Shown in pieces: positions 50,478 through 63,643 of a stretch of DNA of 64,000 nucleotides. Positions within the stretch are counted from its first letter, which is position 1. The number at the start of each line of letters is the position of its first letter. The translations under genes were made by a program, and so were the position numbers. Origin of the DNA: Paecilomyces variotii. Taxonomy: Eukaryota. A model generated the notes under the pieces. The model worked only from the letters and a program-made list of their open reading frames with translations. It ran no database searches and was not told where the DNA came from. The stretch lies in NCBI GenBank assembly GCA_004022145.1, contig RCNU01000002.1; one strand, 5' to 3'.

Positions 50478-51943
50478 ATGGGTGTCCCGACTGAATCTCT
50501 CCCGTCCAGAAATCCAATGCCGTATCAGGTACGGCAGGGAGATCTCGAGACAGGCGACTACAATGTGATGCTGATGGACGACCATCCTCTCCGCTCTTAC
50601 CCCACGGAGTGCATTCCAGGGCTGTCCATATACATGGGAGAATGGTATACGGCGGCCAAGAAGAATGCAACTGAACGCGTCTTCCGCTATTCTTGTGTTT
50701 TTCTGGTGATACTGTATGTCAATTTCGGATTTCCGTTGATGCGCTCGACTACAGAGATACTGATATCCATTTTAGCGGCCTGATCCAATGCATCACAATT
50801 GTCGCCAAGGGTGCCATGTTTCTTCTTCCAGGCGACCATGACTGGAAGACGGTGGGATGGGAGGATTCCGAGGAGTGGTCTCCAGAGCTGACTCGGTTGC
50901 CACTGGAGTTCAAAAGTGATGGGAAATCAGTCGAGTGCATCTCTCGACATACGCGCTTACACGCTGACCCCTTTCATTTCGCCATGGTCTCAGGCTGCAG
51001 TGGAGTGGAAGCCGATATCTGGCTGCATGGGAATGAGATCTTGGTGGGAAACTCGGTGACTGGACTAGACGCCGCCAATACACTCGCACATGTCTACCTC
51101 GAACCCCTTATGACGGCTATCGAGGATCAAAATGCCGGTCGTACAGCAAACGAAAACGGAGAGATGAGCGCGCCTCGAGGAATCTTTGCAGAGGATCCGT
51201 CGAAATCGTTCATCCTGCTTCTCAACTTCAAGACCACTCCAAACTGGCTGTGGCCGCGTCTCATCTCTCAGCTTTCCATTCTTAGGGAAAAGGGTTACCT
51301 GACCTACCACGACGGCTCAGAACTTGTTAAACGGCCTGTCACCGTTGTGCTCACGGGGAGAGCGCCGTTCCACTTAATCCGTGGTGACCGTGCTGTTCGC
51401 GATATCTTCTTCGACGCATCCTTGGAGGAACTAGCATTGAATGACAGTGGGGATATTTCAAAGTTCACAGCGCCGCTTGCTTCCATTAAGAGAGATGTCG
51501 AGGAAACCGTCTCTGCTGCAGACGAGCAAACTACGACTACCGAGCGCGATGTGAAAGACCCTCATGAGGCCAAGCCAAACGAGCCTTTGCAGAACGCAGT
51601 CTACACCTATAACGTAGAAAACACCTACACTGCCTCCGCCAACTTCCGCACCTCGATAGGAATGCCACACCGTGGTAGATTCTCTCGTCGGCAGCTAGAA
51701 ATGATCCGAGCTCACATCCATGCAGCGCGGAAACGCGGCCTGAAAGTTCGATACACCGGTATTCCTGACTGGCCCGGCAAACTTCGCCATCTTGTCTTGT
51801 ACACATTAGTGAACGAAGGTGTCGATATCATTGAGATCGACGCATCGGGAGAACATCGCCGTCCACACCAATCACGGCGAACTCCTGCACTAGCACAGGA
51901 GGATGAGCATGAAACACAACGCTTTAGGGCCTCCACTGTGTGA
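50478..51943 (+). CDS. Aim6-like PLC-like phosphodiesterase-fold membrane protein
   Basis: Exon 50478-50713, intron 50714-50775, TM segment, then GCSGVEADIWL, YLEPL, LLLNFKT, LREKGYLTY, PVTVVLTG, DIFFDA and ARKRGLKVRY. Confidence 0.8.
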
Positions 51944-52461
51944 AGCCCGTTGCATTTCCTTATGTGTCCCGCTTTTTATGTCTAGCCTTTAGATGGTCCG
52001 ATACCCCATGTAGCAGTATGGATATAACCCATATAATCAAGGAATGCTGTTTCCAAGTAGCTAAAGAGAACCATGCTTCTCAATGTCTGTTTCCTGGAGT
52101 CCATGTAACCAGTGATGTACTCTCAAAAATATAACACTAATAGACACGTAAAACCGCGCGTCCCTTACCGATGAGGTGAGAGATGTAGTATCGAAAACCA
52201 GAGTAGTGGCCATAAAATGTCTGTGCACGTGGTTCCAGGTTCAAACTTTCCGAGTACATCATCTTGCCCTAACAATTCCTGCTACCTAAGTAGATCGACC
52301 TGCTGCCTAGTTATATTTCTATGGGACCATCGGACAATACTAAGAATCACCGGCTGTGACATTCTACGACTCTTTCTGCAACAAACAGTCGCTCGACAGT
52401 TATTCCTTCCATCAATTTTATCAATTCAAGCTTTTGCTTAACCTTTATTTGTGACTACACC

Positions 52462-53460
52462 ATGAATACTACTCAAGCTACAAGCTCAGAGAATCATATC
52501 AAAACGCGGTTCCTCATCGTCTCTGACACTCACGGTGAAGAATTCGGTCCGGAAGTGAACTCCCTCGAAGCCGATGTCGCTATCCACTGCGGTGACCTTA
52601 CTGAGGAATCTAAAGTAGAGGAGTATCAAACTTCCATGAGACTCCTCAAGAACCTAAATGCACGCCTGAAGCTTGTCATTGCTGGGAATCATGACTTTAC
52701 AATGGACACACCTGTATTCAAGAAGAAAGTTGCTGAAGCAACACCAGCACTCGATCCAGTTCTCGTTAAACGAGAGTACGGTGATTTTGAAGAGATGAAA
52801 CAATTTTTCAACGAAGCAGAAGCTGCGGGTATACACTTTCTGGGTGAAGGAACCTGCAAATTTGAACTCGAGAACGGTGCTTCGCTAACGGTGTATGCCA
52901 GTCCTTACACGATGTCATTAGGTGGTGACTGGGGATTCCAATATCACCCGGATCAAGGCCACGAATTCTGCATCGAGAAGGGAGTCGACGTGGTCATAAC
53001 TCATGGGCCACCAAATGGTATCATGGACTATACTGATTCTCGAAAACGAGCAGGCTGCCCACACCTATTTGGCGCTATCGCTAGAGCTCGCCCACGGTTG
53101 CACTGCTTCGGGCATATTCATGAAGGGTGGGGGGCAAAACTTGTCACCTGGCGCGGTCAACCTAGTGAAATACCATCCCATTTTACCGACATCGATAATT
53201 CGAAGTCGGTTGTGATCGATTCTCTGGCCAACTTAAAGGCTTCTCGATTCGACACACCCGAGACCATAGCGGAGAAGTCGAAGAGAAGGGACTCGCTGCA
53301 CCGTGAGGGATGTCGCTCGACCAGTCATTGCACCGGGGATGCGGAGCCTCTGAAATACGGCGAACAAACGATTTTTGTGAATGCTTCAATAGAAGGAACT
53401 GAAGATTATCAGATGCACGCGCCATGGTTAATCGATCTTGAGCTTCCGAGGGCCAGGTAG
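52462..53460 (+). CDS. Calcineurin-like metallophosphoesterase (MPPED-like)
   Basis: Five metal-binding motifs: SDTH, GDLT, GNHD, THGPP and GHIHE. Confidence 0.93.
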   Translation: MNTTQATSSENHIKTRFLIVSDTHGEEFGPEVNSLEADVAIHCGDLTEESKVEEYQTSMRLLKNLNARLKLVIAGNHDFTMDTPVFKKKVAEATPALDPVLVKREYGDFEEMKQFFNEAEAAGIHFLGEGTCKFELENGASLTVYASPYTMSLGGDWGFQYHPDQGHEFCIEKGVDVVITHGPPNGIMDYTDSRKRAGCPHLFGAIARARPRLHCFGHIHEGWGAKLVTWRGQPSEIPSHFTDIDNSKSVVIDSLANLKASRFDTPETIAEKSKRRDSLHREGCRSTSHCTGDAEPLKYGEQTIFVNASIEGTEDYQMHAPWLIDLELPRAR

Positions 53461-56266
53461 AAGCTCAAACCTATGGTCCCCCCCGTCAGTCTGTCGATGT
53501 GGAAATCCAATCAATTTCTCATACCACCAAAAAAAAAAAAAGAAGAGATACAGCCAGCTCACCTGCTCTGCGATCATGTTAGCTGTTGATCACCAACTCA
53601 GCTGAGACCCCGGGGAGGATTTACACCCTAAATTTCTAGTTATGTCGAGCAGTCATATTTGCTTTCCCGGTTCATGTTTTCTTTTTCCTTGTAAGTATTA
53701 TCAGCTGATCATCGTCGACGATTTTTTTAGACCCACGGACTAGAGACCCTCGATTTGAAGTCAGAAGGCATTTCGAATAGTCTACTCGAGATATCTGATT
53801 CCTGAGCAGAAGCGGAGCGCACCTCTCGTGTTTAAAGAGGCAGCTGTCGAGGTAAGCCTCCATTCGAAACGGAACTCACCGTTTTCTTTCTGGTTCTCAG
53901 ATCTCAACTGAAAGCCATACTTGCATCATTCACGAGCAAACCATATACCGGAAATGTAGCGACCTTGTCTTTGATGTCATGGAATCTTCAAACATGAATA
54001 TAATGGGGGCCTCCTTAATATTATATGTTATCAATCTGAAACGCAATATACTGTTGACGAAGCTGGCGCGATCAACCATCCCAAGCGCCTTCCTTAACCA
54101 CAAGTCTCTTGCTCATGCTATTGTTTTTGCAATCTAAATTGTAGATTTGATGTCTGAGGCACTAGGTAAGACTAGTGAGATAAAAATTGCGATAGGGCAC
54201 ATGTCACACCTGCTTTAGCTTCATCTGTTGTGATTGGCCGGTAGAGTTAGTGAGAAGCTAATTAGTATTAATATTGTTCGTTTGATTTTGTAGCGTCACC
54301 ATGTTGTGGTGGTGTCGAAGTGGAGAAGCGAGGAGCTCTCCTGTGCAATATCCGAAATCACAGACGGTAGTGAAAGTCGATATAATACTTGAAGATATTG
54401 AGGTAGGCTTAAGTACTGTACCTGTAAAGGGGTCTATGCCCCTAGATGTCTGTACGACCTAAGTCACGCATGTAGGAGGTGCCGGATTCGTCAAGTCGGT
54501 ATACATCAACACCAGCAGTTTCTGACGATGCTGTCCCTATGCAGATGGAAACAGCTGCAGCACTCACATGAGACTGTTTCTTCTGGAGACACAGTAGCGT
54601 ACTCGACATGAGGCGGATAGTTGGGATGTGTCTCCCATTCTGGCTGGGCACAGCCCTACAAAAGAGGTATCGATGCGGGCAAGTTAGCCGTGCACCTGCA
54701 GGATTGACGTCTGCGATCTGATTCACCTTGCAGGGATTTTCCTAGTGACCGCCATGACCGCCAGAGAGCGCATGCGATCCCCCTCACCGTCTTTTGCTCT
54801 GAATAACTCTCTCTGTCGGTCGGGATGGCAGGATTCGATCTCACGGGCTGGGCCAGCATCTGCGATCGTAATCGAGTCAGCCTTTTCCTTGAGTTATTCG
54901 CGCATGACTAAGTTATGTATGTATGTATTACTCTAATCTAAGTAACTGACTACGGAGTACAGCGCCAACCATAGTTAGATAGTAGTTAGAATCGATCTAT
55001 CTGATCAAAGAGCCCTTGACTGCCCGACGGGGATCGACCTGGCCCCTGTCACGTTGATCGCGGTATCGATCAGCAGCGGCACCTGCCATTGCTCGAGTCT
55101 GGGCGATGCGGTAGACGTTGCAGGGCGATTGTGTTGACGACTACTGCAACGCTAAACGCACGATGTCCTGCCTAACACGTCCCCCGCTTATGGTATGGTA
55201 GACCGTAGTTATCGTCCTGATCTGTTGGCAAGGATGGGTGGTGTCTTCGCCCGACAGCTAAGGCCCAGGTCTCATGCGCACCCCGCAAGGCTCTCTCCCG
55301 TGGCTTGATTCCTTTTCTGCTTCTGTTTTCTGCCTACGGAGTACTTCTACGTGTTTACTTGCCAGGGAGGAGGGGGGGGGGAGGGAGGGGGACGTCTTTG
55401 TTCCTTGGCGGGTTCTTCTGTTGACTGTTATTGCGGCGCAAGAAGTGCCTGAGCGGCAAGAGGTCGAAAGGGGAAAGGAGGATCAGGGCGAGGTGAAGTG
55501 CCGGATAGATAGATCAGAAATAAGCGAAACAGAACATGTTAGTTAACTAATAATAATAATTAATTAATTAATTAATTATAGTTATTATTTATGTATGGTA
55601 TACTCTCAGAAGAAGAATGACCTGGGAGATCCACCGGGTCGTTTTTTCCCCACCGGCTGCATCCCCGGTCCACATCCACATCCACGTCCCACGGTCCACC
55701 ACAAATCCCAAACAATAATCATTAATTTATTTATTTAATTTATTAATTAATTATTATGGTAATTTGACACTTTACTGTTGGTGATACTCACTCTGCTCTT
55801 ATATGCTATTCCTCTGCTTCTGATTAGGAACTGTTTTTTCTCTTTTTCTTTGCTTTCTTTCTTCTTCTTCTTTTCTTTTTTTTCCCTTCTCATGCCACCG
55901 CTTGAACTACCATAGAACCCATACCACTAGTAAAGTGCTAGAAAAGCAAAAGCCGGGCTCCCCCAAAAAACACCCCAACAGGGATGAGCGCCCAGGCCCA
56001 CTGAGCCCCGAAAAAGCCCATGTCGCATGCGCTCGCCCGTTGTCGAGCTCATGGTCTTTTTTCCATCGTGTCGTTTCTCCCGCGGAAAGCTGCATATTAT
56101 TCTCTCTCTCTCTTCTCCTGTCCTCGTCGCCCGCGCGCACCACGCTCATAGTTCCTCGACTTGTATACTTATCCAGCTAGCTACTCGACGCGTCCACCAT
56201 CAACCGTTGAAATCTCTGTTCCCACCACCCGTTTCCTACCTTCGGGTAGAGCGAAAAGGTGGGTAG

Positions 56267-56319
56267 GGTCTAGGTCTAGGTCTCGGTCTCGATCTTGATC
56301 TTGATCTTGATCCTGATCC
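56267..56319. repeat. Drifting hexamer repeat upstream of RXT3
   Basis: GGTCTA GGTCTA GGTCTC GGTCTC GATCTT GATCTT GATCTT GATCCT GATCC. Confidence 0.85.
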
Positions 56320-56355
56320 CGTCAAAGTGGTGGCCTCCGTCGTGGAATCTCGACA

Positions 56356-59300
56356 ATGGATCCTCCACGGCAGCCTCAACATCAACCATTCTCGCGTCCG
56401 TCCCTCTTCGCGGGACCTCCAGACCTCCGAGCTGGTGCTCTGCCACCACGACCATACGCGCCGCCGTCCGTGTCGAACGGTCGATCGCAACCGGCCTATG
56501 ACCCTCTGGGTCGACGAGAAAACGAGCTGGTCAGACCTGCCGTGACGTACGGCCCGCCTACGCATACCTACGCTCACGAGAAACCAATGTCGCCGGTCCC
56601 ATTCGCGTCGCTGCGGAACAACGGCCCCAATGGCTTCCACAGTCCGGGATCCGGTCATGCGTCAATAGGAAAACATCATGATGGGACGATGAGGGAACAT
56701 AATGGTCTTAGATTTCGAGACGGTAGGGGATATACTCTTTTTTTCTTTCTTCTTTCTGTCTGTGTAGTCGTCATTCTGTGAGAGGCTGGATGGCAGAGTT
56801 GCGGGAGTCTAGACGATGGGTGCAGCTGTCTAGAATCTCGACCGCGGGAGCTTCCAGTGGTGGTACTGCCAGCAGAACATGCCAGAGTGCAGACGACAGA
56901 ATGATGGGAGCCCGCTGGATGCTTTTGGATCGGAAACATTCCCCTTGCTCTGCCTTGAACCCCAGGCTTGATTCCCTGCCATCGTCACTGCGCACCAGCC
57001 ACTGTCTCTGCTGTGGCGCCGATCGACTGGCCGTCTCGGGAGCGCTAACCCGCTTGGGACACGCGCCGCTTTCCCCGAACGGGCCTAGTCCGCGTCCAGC
57101 CGCCAGCCAATCCCGGATCAGGTCACGGGGCCCAGACACGGCGCCCGTTCCGTGCCTGTCCTTGAATTAACTATCTTTCCCCCGACTTTTGAAGCTTCAC
57201 CTGCACCTCCTCGTATGATGGCTGACTTGCCCTCTCGTCCGACTTCAGGTCCTCCACACACGCGCGAGATGCATCCTGCTTCGCACGACCAGGGCCGACG
57301 GCCGTCCCTGGGGAGCAGTGGTAGTCCGGTCTTTGCAAATGGTGAGTGCTGCTGCTGCGGAGCTCGAAACGCTTGTCGCCGCATGGCGCGCGTCATCCTT
57401 CACGCCGCCATGGGTGCTTCTCTGGTGGTTCACTGGCCGTGTTGATATTCCCCTTGCGCCAAGTCTACCGTCTGACTGGATTCTGTCACTGCCAGAAGAA
57501 GATTGATGCTGACTGTTCCCTGTTGTTACAGGACCCCCGGATTCGCATCCGCCAGCCGCGCCCTCGTTCGGGAACCGCCAGATGCCTCCTCCCTCCTCCC
57601 CGCAGCTTTATCCTCCACGAGCACCATCTGCTACCGGTACCCAGCCCCCGCCTCCTTCGTACTCGTCGCGCGAGCTTCCTGCAAATCCCACCCACCGTCC
57701 TGGCAGCAGCATGTCGATCTCGTCGATGTTGGGCTCGGATGCGGATCGACCGCCGCGCGAGACAGGTCCTGGCTCAATGTTTCCGCGTCCAGCGGTCTCT
57801 GCTGCTCCCTATAGCACTGGGCCGCCCCAGACTGCCGGTATCATGTCTCCGCCGACAGCGCCAGGCCGGCAAGCGTCGATGGAGCACCCCCTGTTTCGAC
57901 GATCGGAGACTCCCGACAGGCTGGCCGCGAAGAACCAACCACCGCCTCCTCGACCATACCGATCAAACTCGGGGGAATCGTCGCAGCCACAGATGCCCGA
58001 TGCGTCTCGATTTGGTGGATTGTCGCGACCGCAGCCTTTTTCGCAGTATCCCGAGAAGCCGGTCCCTGCACGGATGTCGCCGCAGATTTCGTCTGCAGAA
58101 TCCCCATACATGGAATCCAGACGATTAAGTCTGAATGGTCCTATCCAGCGGCCTAGCAGCCAGCCTCAACATGGCGAGCCATCGACTCGACCGCCTACCT
58201 TCAGCCCTCTGGTTCGGCCTAATCCAGGGATGCCAGAAGCGCCGTCTGGGGTTACACAACGCACGAGTTCCTATCCGGGAACTGAGACACAATATCGATA
58301 TAGTGGACTGTATCGGGATCGCCAGCCAGAGGAGCAGGTGGCTCGTAACGGCGATGGGAGAGGCCCTGAACCAGAATCCAAGTATCCTCCGCAGCCCCAG
58401 TCCCGATATGGAAGCCAGGTCCCCGAGAGGGAAGCCGAAAGACAACACTCTGCTTCGACCTGGGAAGCCCGCTCCCAAACTTTGTCACCTGAATCAAAAC
58501 GTTTCCGGGCGCCGGAACCTCCGTCGTTTGGCTTTGGCGCTATACAGAGCTACACCAAATCTCTCGGATCCCAGCTGGGTTCTCGTCCTTCCCCCGGGGT
58601 CTCTCTTCAGCCCCGCCAGGAACAGCCGTCTCCCAACGAGTCTGTCTTTGCGGGTAACCAGTTGAGCAAGTTGCAAACGCAGCCGCGGCTGTTTCCCCCG
58701 GCTTCTGCTCCGTCTGCTGGACAGCCATCGTTTGCAGAGGACCAGCGGCGGAAAGGAAGCGATGAACTACTACAACATAGGAATCTTCTAGGCGTGGGTA
58801 ATGATGGCAAACGCGGCGGACGAGCCTCCCCCCTTCCCCAGGCGGTCCAGGGCGCCCAGGCCCAGATCATCGGACCGGCCGGTGAATCGGGCATCAAGAA
58901 CGAACTTGGACGAGTCTTCTCTGGCATCGGGAGCGGCGTTGGTGGTGTTACTGCTCCCCCGCTCAGCAGCGGAGCCTCCACCCCCATGGCCGCCAGCCCG
59001 TTCAAACGAGAGAGCGTCACTGCTCGATCGGCCAACGGCGACGTGACTGATGATGCGAAGAGTGCTCGCGGCGCTGCTGGGCCGGGACGACGATCCCGGA
59101 AGTCCAAGGACGAGGAGGGTCGATTCGACGCGGACAGCGGCGCTGAGCAGCGGATGGCCCCAACCGGCCGTCCTAGACGCGGCCGACACGCGCACCACCA
59201 CCATCACCAGTAAGTGAAATCTTCATTTCAAATGATCATTAATCTTGGCGCATCTGCTCACAATTCTGCAGTCATCATCATCATCGACAGCGAGCCGAGG

Positions 59301-60274
59301 ACGAGGTGAGTGTGACTGGCAGCACCCATCGTGCGGCAGCCTCGTTGAGTCTCTTCCATCAGACGTCGACACCCACAGAAGTCTCCGGGCCTGTGCCAGC
59401 ACATCATCACCACCATCACCATCACCACCATCATCATGTCCCGCGAGCAGTGACCACTACTGGCCCGCCGCCGCCCATGCGAGAGCCCAACATCTTTGTC
59501 AACGTGGAGCCGCTCGTGAAGAGCGTAGCCCATCTGCCACGGCACCACTTGGGTTCTACGCTCTACTCACCCCGTATCGGGATTCCTTCACCCAGTGCCA
59601 GCCTGGAGAGCGCCAAGTTTGGCTATACGACGACGCCTGTTCCGATCCCCCGATTCGAGGGCAAGGAGAACTGTACGTTTACCGTCCGGGTGCCGCGCTT
59701 CCGCATCGACGCCAGCCACCGCGAGGAGATCTGTGCGCGACGGGCGCTCTGGGGCACTGGGGTCTACACGGACGACTCGGACCCGGTGGCGGCTGCGATC
59801 CACTCGGGCTTCATCCGGGGAGAATGGGGGGACGACGTGGACGTGGAGATGCTCGATCTGGAGATCAAGGATACCTACCAGCATGCGCCGCGGGTGACGG
59901 CGGACGCTGGTTCGGAATCCAAGGGGCCTCGCATCCCGCCGGTGCCGCCGCCGGACAAGGACCTGCACATCACGCTGGTGATCCTGCCGCGGCTGGAGCG
60001 GTACGACGGCAGCGTGCTGTTCGGGCTCAAGTCGCGGGGCTGGGAGGGCCAGCACGACGGGGTGAGCTTCAAGGTGGACCGGATCGAGTGGGTGGACGAA
60101 GGGGTGGCGCGCGGAGAGGAGCGCAGCGGAGAAGCACGGCGGAAACGCCTGCGCAACATGATGCGGTCGGGGCGGATCTGCACGGGGCCAGGCCTGCTGA
60201 AGCTGCGCGACGCCGAGTTGGCGCGGCGGAAGATGGGCGAGAGTGCAGCGCCGCCGGTGGAAACGGTGTCGTGA
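56356..60274 (+). CDS. RXT3: Histone deacetylation protein Rxt3 (Rpd3L component) with long Pro-rich N-terminus and poly-His tracts
   Basis: Exons 56356-56722, 57195-57341, 57532-59209 and 59272-60274. Motifs GSSMSISSML, PRHHLGSTLY, ENCTFTVRVPR, LWGTGVYTDDSDPVAAAIHSG and HDGVSF. Confidence 0.9.
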
Positions 60275-60510
60275 TCTATGAATCTGTCTTGACTTGTTTT
60301 GGAGTTCCTTTTTTTTTCCCCTTGGTCGCCTCGGACGGCTTGGGGTCGCACGGCGTCGAGGCAACGGACGGGCGGCATATGTGATGGATGAGATGAGCCA
60401 TTGGCATCTGCGTTCTGTTTTGGATTATTACTGGGATTTGTGTTGCCGAGATACCTGACTATGCGAGTTGTCGATTCATCAGCCAACCACCTAAGTTACA
60501 TACGATTTAC

Positions 60511-60594
60511 TATCTATCTATCTATCTATCTATCTATACTGGTCTATACTGGTCTATACTATGCCATACTCTGCCATACGATGCCATACTATCC
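60511..60594. repeat. (TATC)n microsatellite grading into 10-bp repeats
   Basis: tatctatctatc..., then ctatactggt x2 and (a/c)tgccatac(t/g) x3. Confidence 0.85.
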
Positions 60595-61479
60595 TCTTGC
60601 CATCCTCTACCAGACTAGGACCAATACTGTCTCCCCTCCCTGCAGCTGTCACTGTGTAATTAAATTAACCTGGATCATCTGAATCAGACATCAGCCATCA
60701 GCCATCATACCACCATTGCCTTGGCGGGCCAACGGACGGATGAAGGGAAGATGCTGGATTGTTTGTTCCATTCAGATTTCCTGTTGGACGGTGACTGGCC
60801 GGATCGGGCGGGCGGTGAAGCCAGTCTGGAGAAACCCCGCATGGAGAGACGAAGAGGCGAGTTGGAGTAGAACAATGTAGAATAATAATGAATAGATAAC
60901 CGGGGGATAGCATCACGAGGTAAAGGTAGCGTTCACTAGAGTAATAATAATAATCATTCTGACTCTGCACCGGTCAGGAGAACACAGACTAAGTTAGCTG
61001 CTGCTGGCGTCCTGGGATGAACCGACGAGACCGCAGCCAGCCGAGGCTCGGGACGGTCGATGAGAGAAGCAGAATAGTTACATAGGTGCAACCAGCATCT
61101 ACAACAACGAGTTGAATTCTTATGGTAGTTATGAGAAGTATTCCGTACAGAGAACTTGATGACCACCGGAGATCATTCGGACGATCTGTAGATATACATA
61201 AAGAGCCCTCCTCGTGTCTCCGGCAGCATAAGAAGTAACTTGCTCGCCCACTTCCCTCAAGCCGAGGCTGTTCGGCCGTTGTCTCTCGCTAGAGCATCAC
61301 TTAATTAATTACTTAGTCTACTTTACTTACTTCTTCGTCCTCCCTCGCTCTGACGTCTCTCTAACGTCGAGTTCCATTGTCAATTCCTCTTCTCGTCCTC
61401 TACGATCCTTTCCATCCGCCCCTCTCCTCATCTCCTTTCCTTTCCTTTCTTTCCACGGCCATCTGCACACGTCGAGGGG

Positions 61480-63643
61480 ATGTTCACGGCGTCTGCTCGC
61501 AGCCGTCTCTCCACCCTTGGACGTGCCCCTACTGCCACCGCATCGCTCTATCGACCCGCTCGATCTCCAGTATGTGTTATTGTTGCATTGAGACAATTTC
61601 TTGTTGTTTCATCCCACTCATTCTCTTTTTTATAGCAGATCCTCTCCGCCATGGCTCCGCGACGCAAGGCGTCCTCCGTCCCTGAGGGTGAGTGAAGCAG
61701 CGACAACAGACTCTCCGCATGGAATACCCGATCCATTCGATGGAACAGAGGCTGATCACAGTTGCTCAGGATACAAGGAAGACCTCTCCAAGGGCAAGAT
61801 GCTCCGGTTCGAAGATTCTCTCCCCCGGTTGCCCGTGCCCTCGCTCGAAGAGACCGGTCGCCGATACCTGAAGTCGGTCCACCCGCTCGTCTCGCCCGCC
61901 GAGTTCGAGCGCACCTCCAAGGCCGTCGAAGCCTTCATTCGTCCCGGTGGTGAGGGCGAGCCTCTGCAGAAGCGCCTGCTGGAGCGCGCCGCGGACCCCA
62001 AGCACAAGAACTGGATTTACGAGTGGTGGAACGATGCCGCCTACCTGGCCTACCGCGACCCCGTGGTCCCCTACGTCTCCTACTTCTACTCATACCGCGA
62101 TGACCGGTTGCGCCGTAACCCGGCCAAGCGGGCTGCGGCCATCACCACGGCGGCGCTGGACTTCAAGCGCCAGGTCGATGATGGCTCGCTCGAGCCCGAG
62201 TACATGCGCGGCCAGCCCATGGCCATGAGCTCGTACGAGTACATGTTCAACTGCAGCCGCATTCCCGCAGAGCCCGCCGACTACCCCAAGAAGTACTCGC
62301 ACAAGGAGCACAACCACATCGTTGTGATCCGCAAGAACCAGTTCTTCAAGGTGCCCACCGTGGTCGACGGCCGCCAGCTGAACACCTCGGAGCTGCAGCA
62401 GCAGTTCGAACGCATCTACCAGATTGCCGACCGCGCGCCCGGAGTGGGCGTGCTGACAGCTGCCAACCGCGATTTCTGGACGGCTGCTCGCAAGAGGCTG
62501 ATCGAGGCCAACGCGGCCAACGAGCAGGCCCTGCAGGACATTGAGTCCTCGGGCTTCGTCGTCTGTCTGGATGACGCCACCCCCGTCACTCTGGAGGAGC
62601 GCGCTCACCAGTACTGGCACGGTGACGGCAGCAACCGCTGGTTCGACAAGCCTCTGCAGTTCATTGTCAACGACAACGGCACCGCCGGTTTCATGGGTGA
62701 GCACAGCATGATGGACGGCACGCCCACCCACCGCATCAACGACTACATCAACAATGTCATCTTCAACAACCGCCTCGACTTCAGCGACCCCTCCATCCGC
62801 TCGAACCTCCCCGAACCCAAGCCCATCCGCTTCCACCTCACCAAGGAGTCCCTCGCGGACATTGACACCGCCGCCAAGGAGCACCACCAGCAGATCGCGG
62901 CCCACGAGCTGCGCGTGCAGGCCTTCCAGGCGTACGGCAAGGGCCTAATCAAGAAGTTCAAGTGCAGCCCGGATGCATACGTGCAGATGCTCATCCAGCT
63001 GGCCTACTTCAAGATGTACGGCAAGAACCGCCCCACGTACGAGTCGGCCTCGACCCGTAAGTTCCAGCAGGGCCGTACGGAAACCACCCGCACGGTGTCG
63101 GACGAGAGCGTCGCCTTCTGCAAGGCGCACGCCGACCCTGAGGTGCCGCGGGAGGAGGTCGTCAAGCGCTTCCGTGCCGCGCTCGCTGCGCACACCAAGT
63201 ACACGCTGGACGCCAGCGACGGCCGTGGTGTGGACCGACACCTGTTTGGTCTGAAGAAGCTGCTCCGTGAGGGCGAAAAGCTGCCGGAGCTCTACCAGGA
63301 CCCGGCCTTTTCCTACAGCTCCTCGTGGTTTATTTCCAGCAGTCAGCTGAGCTCGGAGTACTTTAACGGCTACGGATGGAGTCAGGTCATTGACGATGGT
63401 TTCGGTATCGCATACATGATCAACGAGAACAGGTGAGTTTCTTTCAGTTTCGAATTCTCATGAGAAGTATCGGCTTAATTCTATTGTTCTCCCGTACTAA
63501 CTCCGCACAGTCTCCAATTCAACATTGTCTGCAAGCACCTTGGCGCCGAGCGCATGAGCTTCTACCTGAACGAAGCAGGCCTCGAGCTGCGCGATCTGCT
63601 CCTGCCCGACCTCGTGTCCCAGCCCGAGAAGGCGAAGTTGTAA
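61480..63643 (+). CDS. CAT2: Carnitine acetyltransferase, mitochondrial/peroxisomal (CAT2/AcuJ type)
   Basis: Exons 61480-61569, 61639(or 61636)-61687, 61770-63432 and 63511-63643. LPRLPVPSL, NRWFDK, catalytic EHSMMDG, TYESASTRKF and C-terminal PTS1 -AKL. Confidence 0.96.

Noticed and set aside
59245..60486. Long alternative-frame and antisense ORFs (379, 258 and 203 aa)
   Set aside because: By-products of the GC-rich last exon of RXT3.
62090..62905. 271-aa minus-strand ORF
   Set aside because: Antisense shadow of the codon-biased carnitine acetyltransferase.
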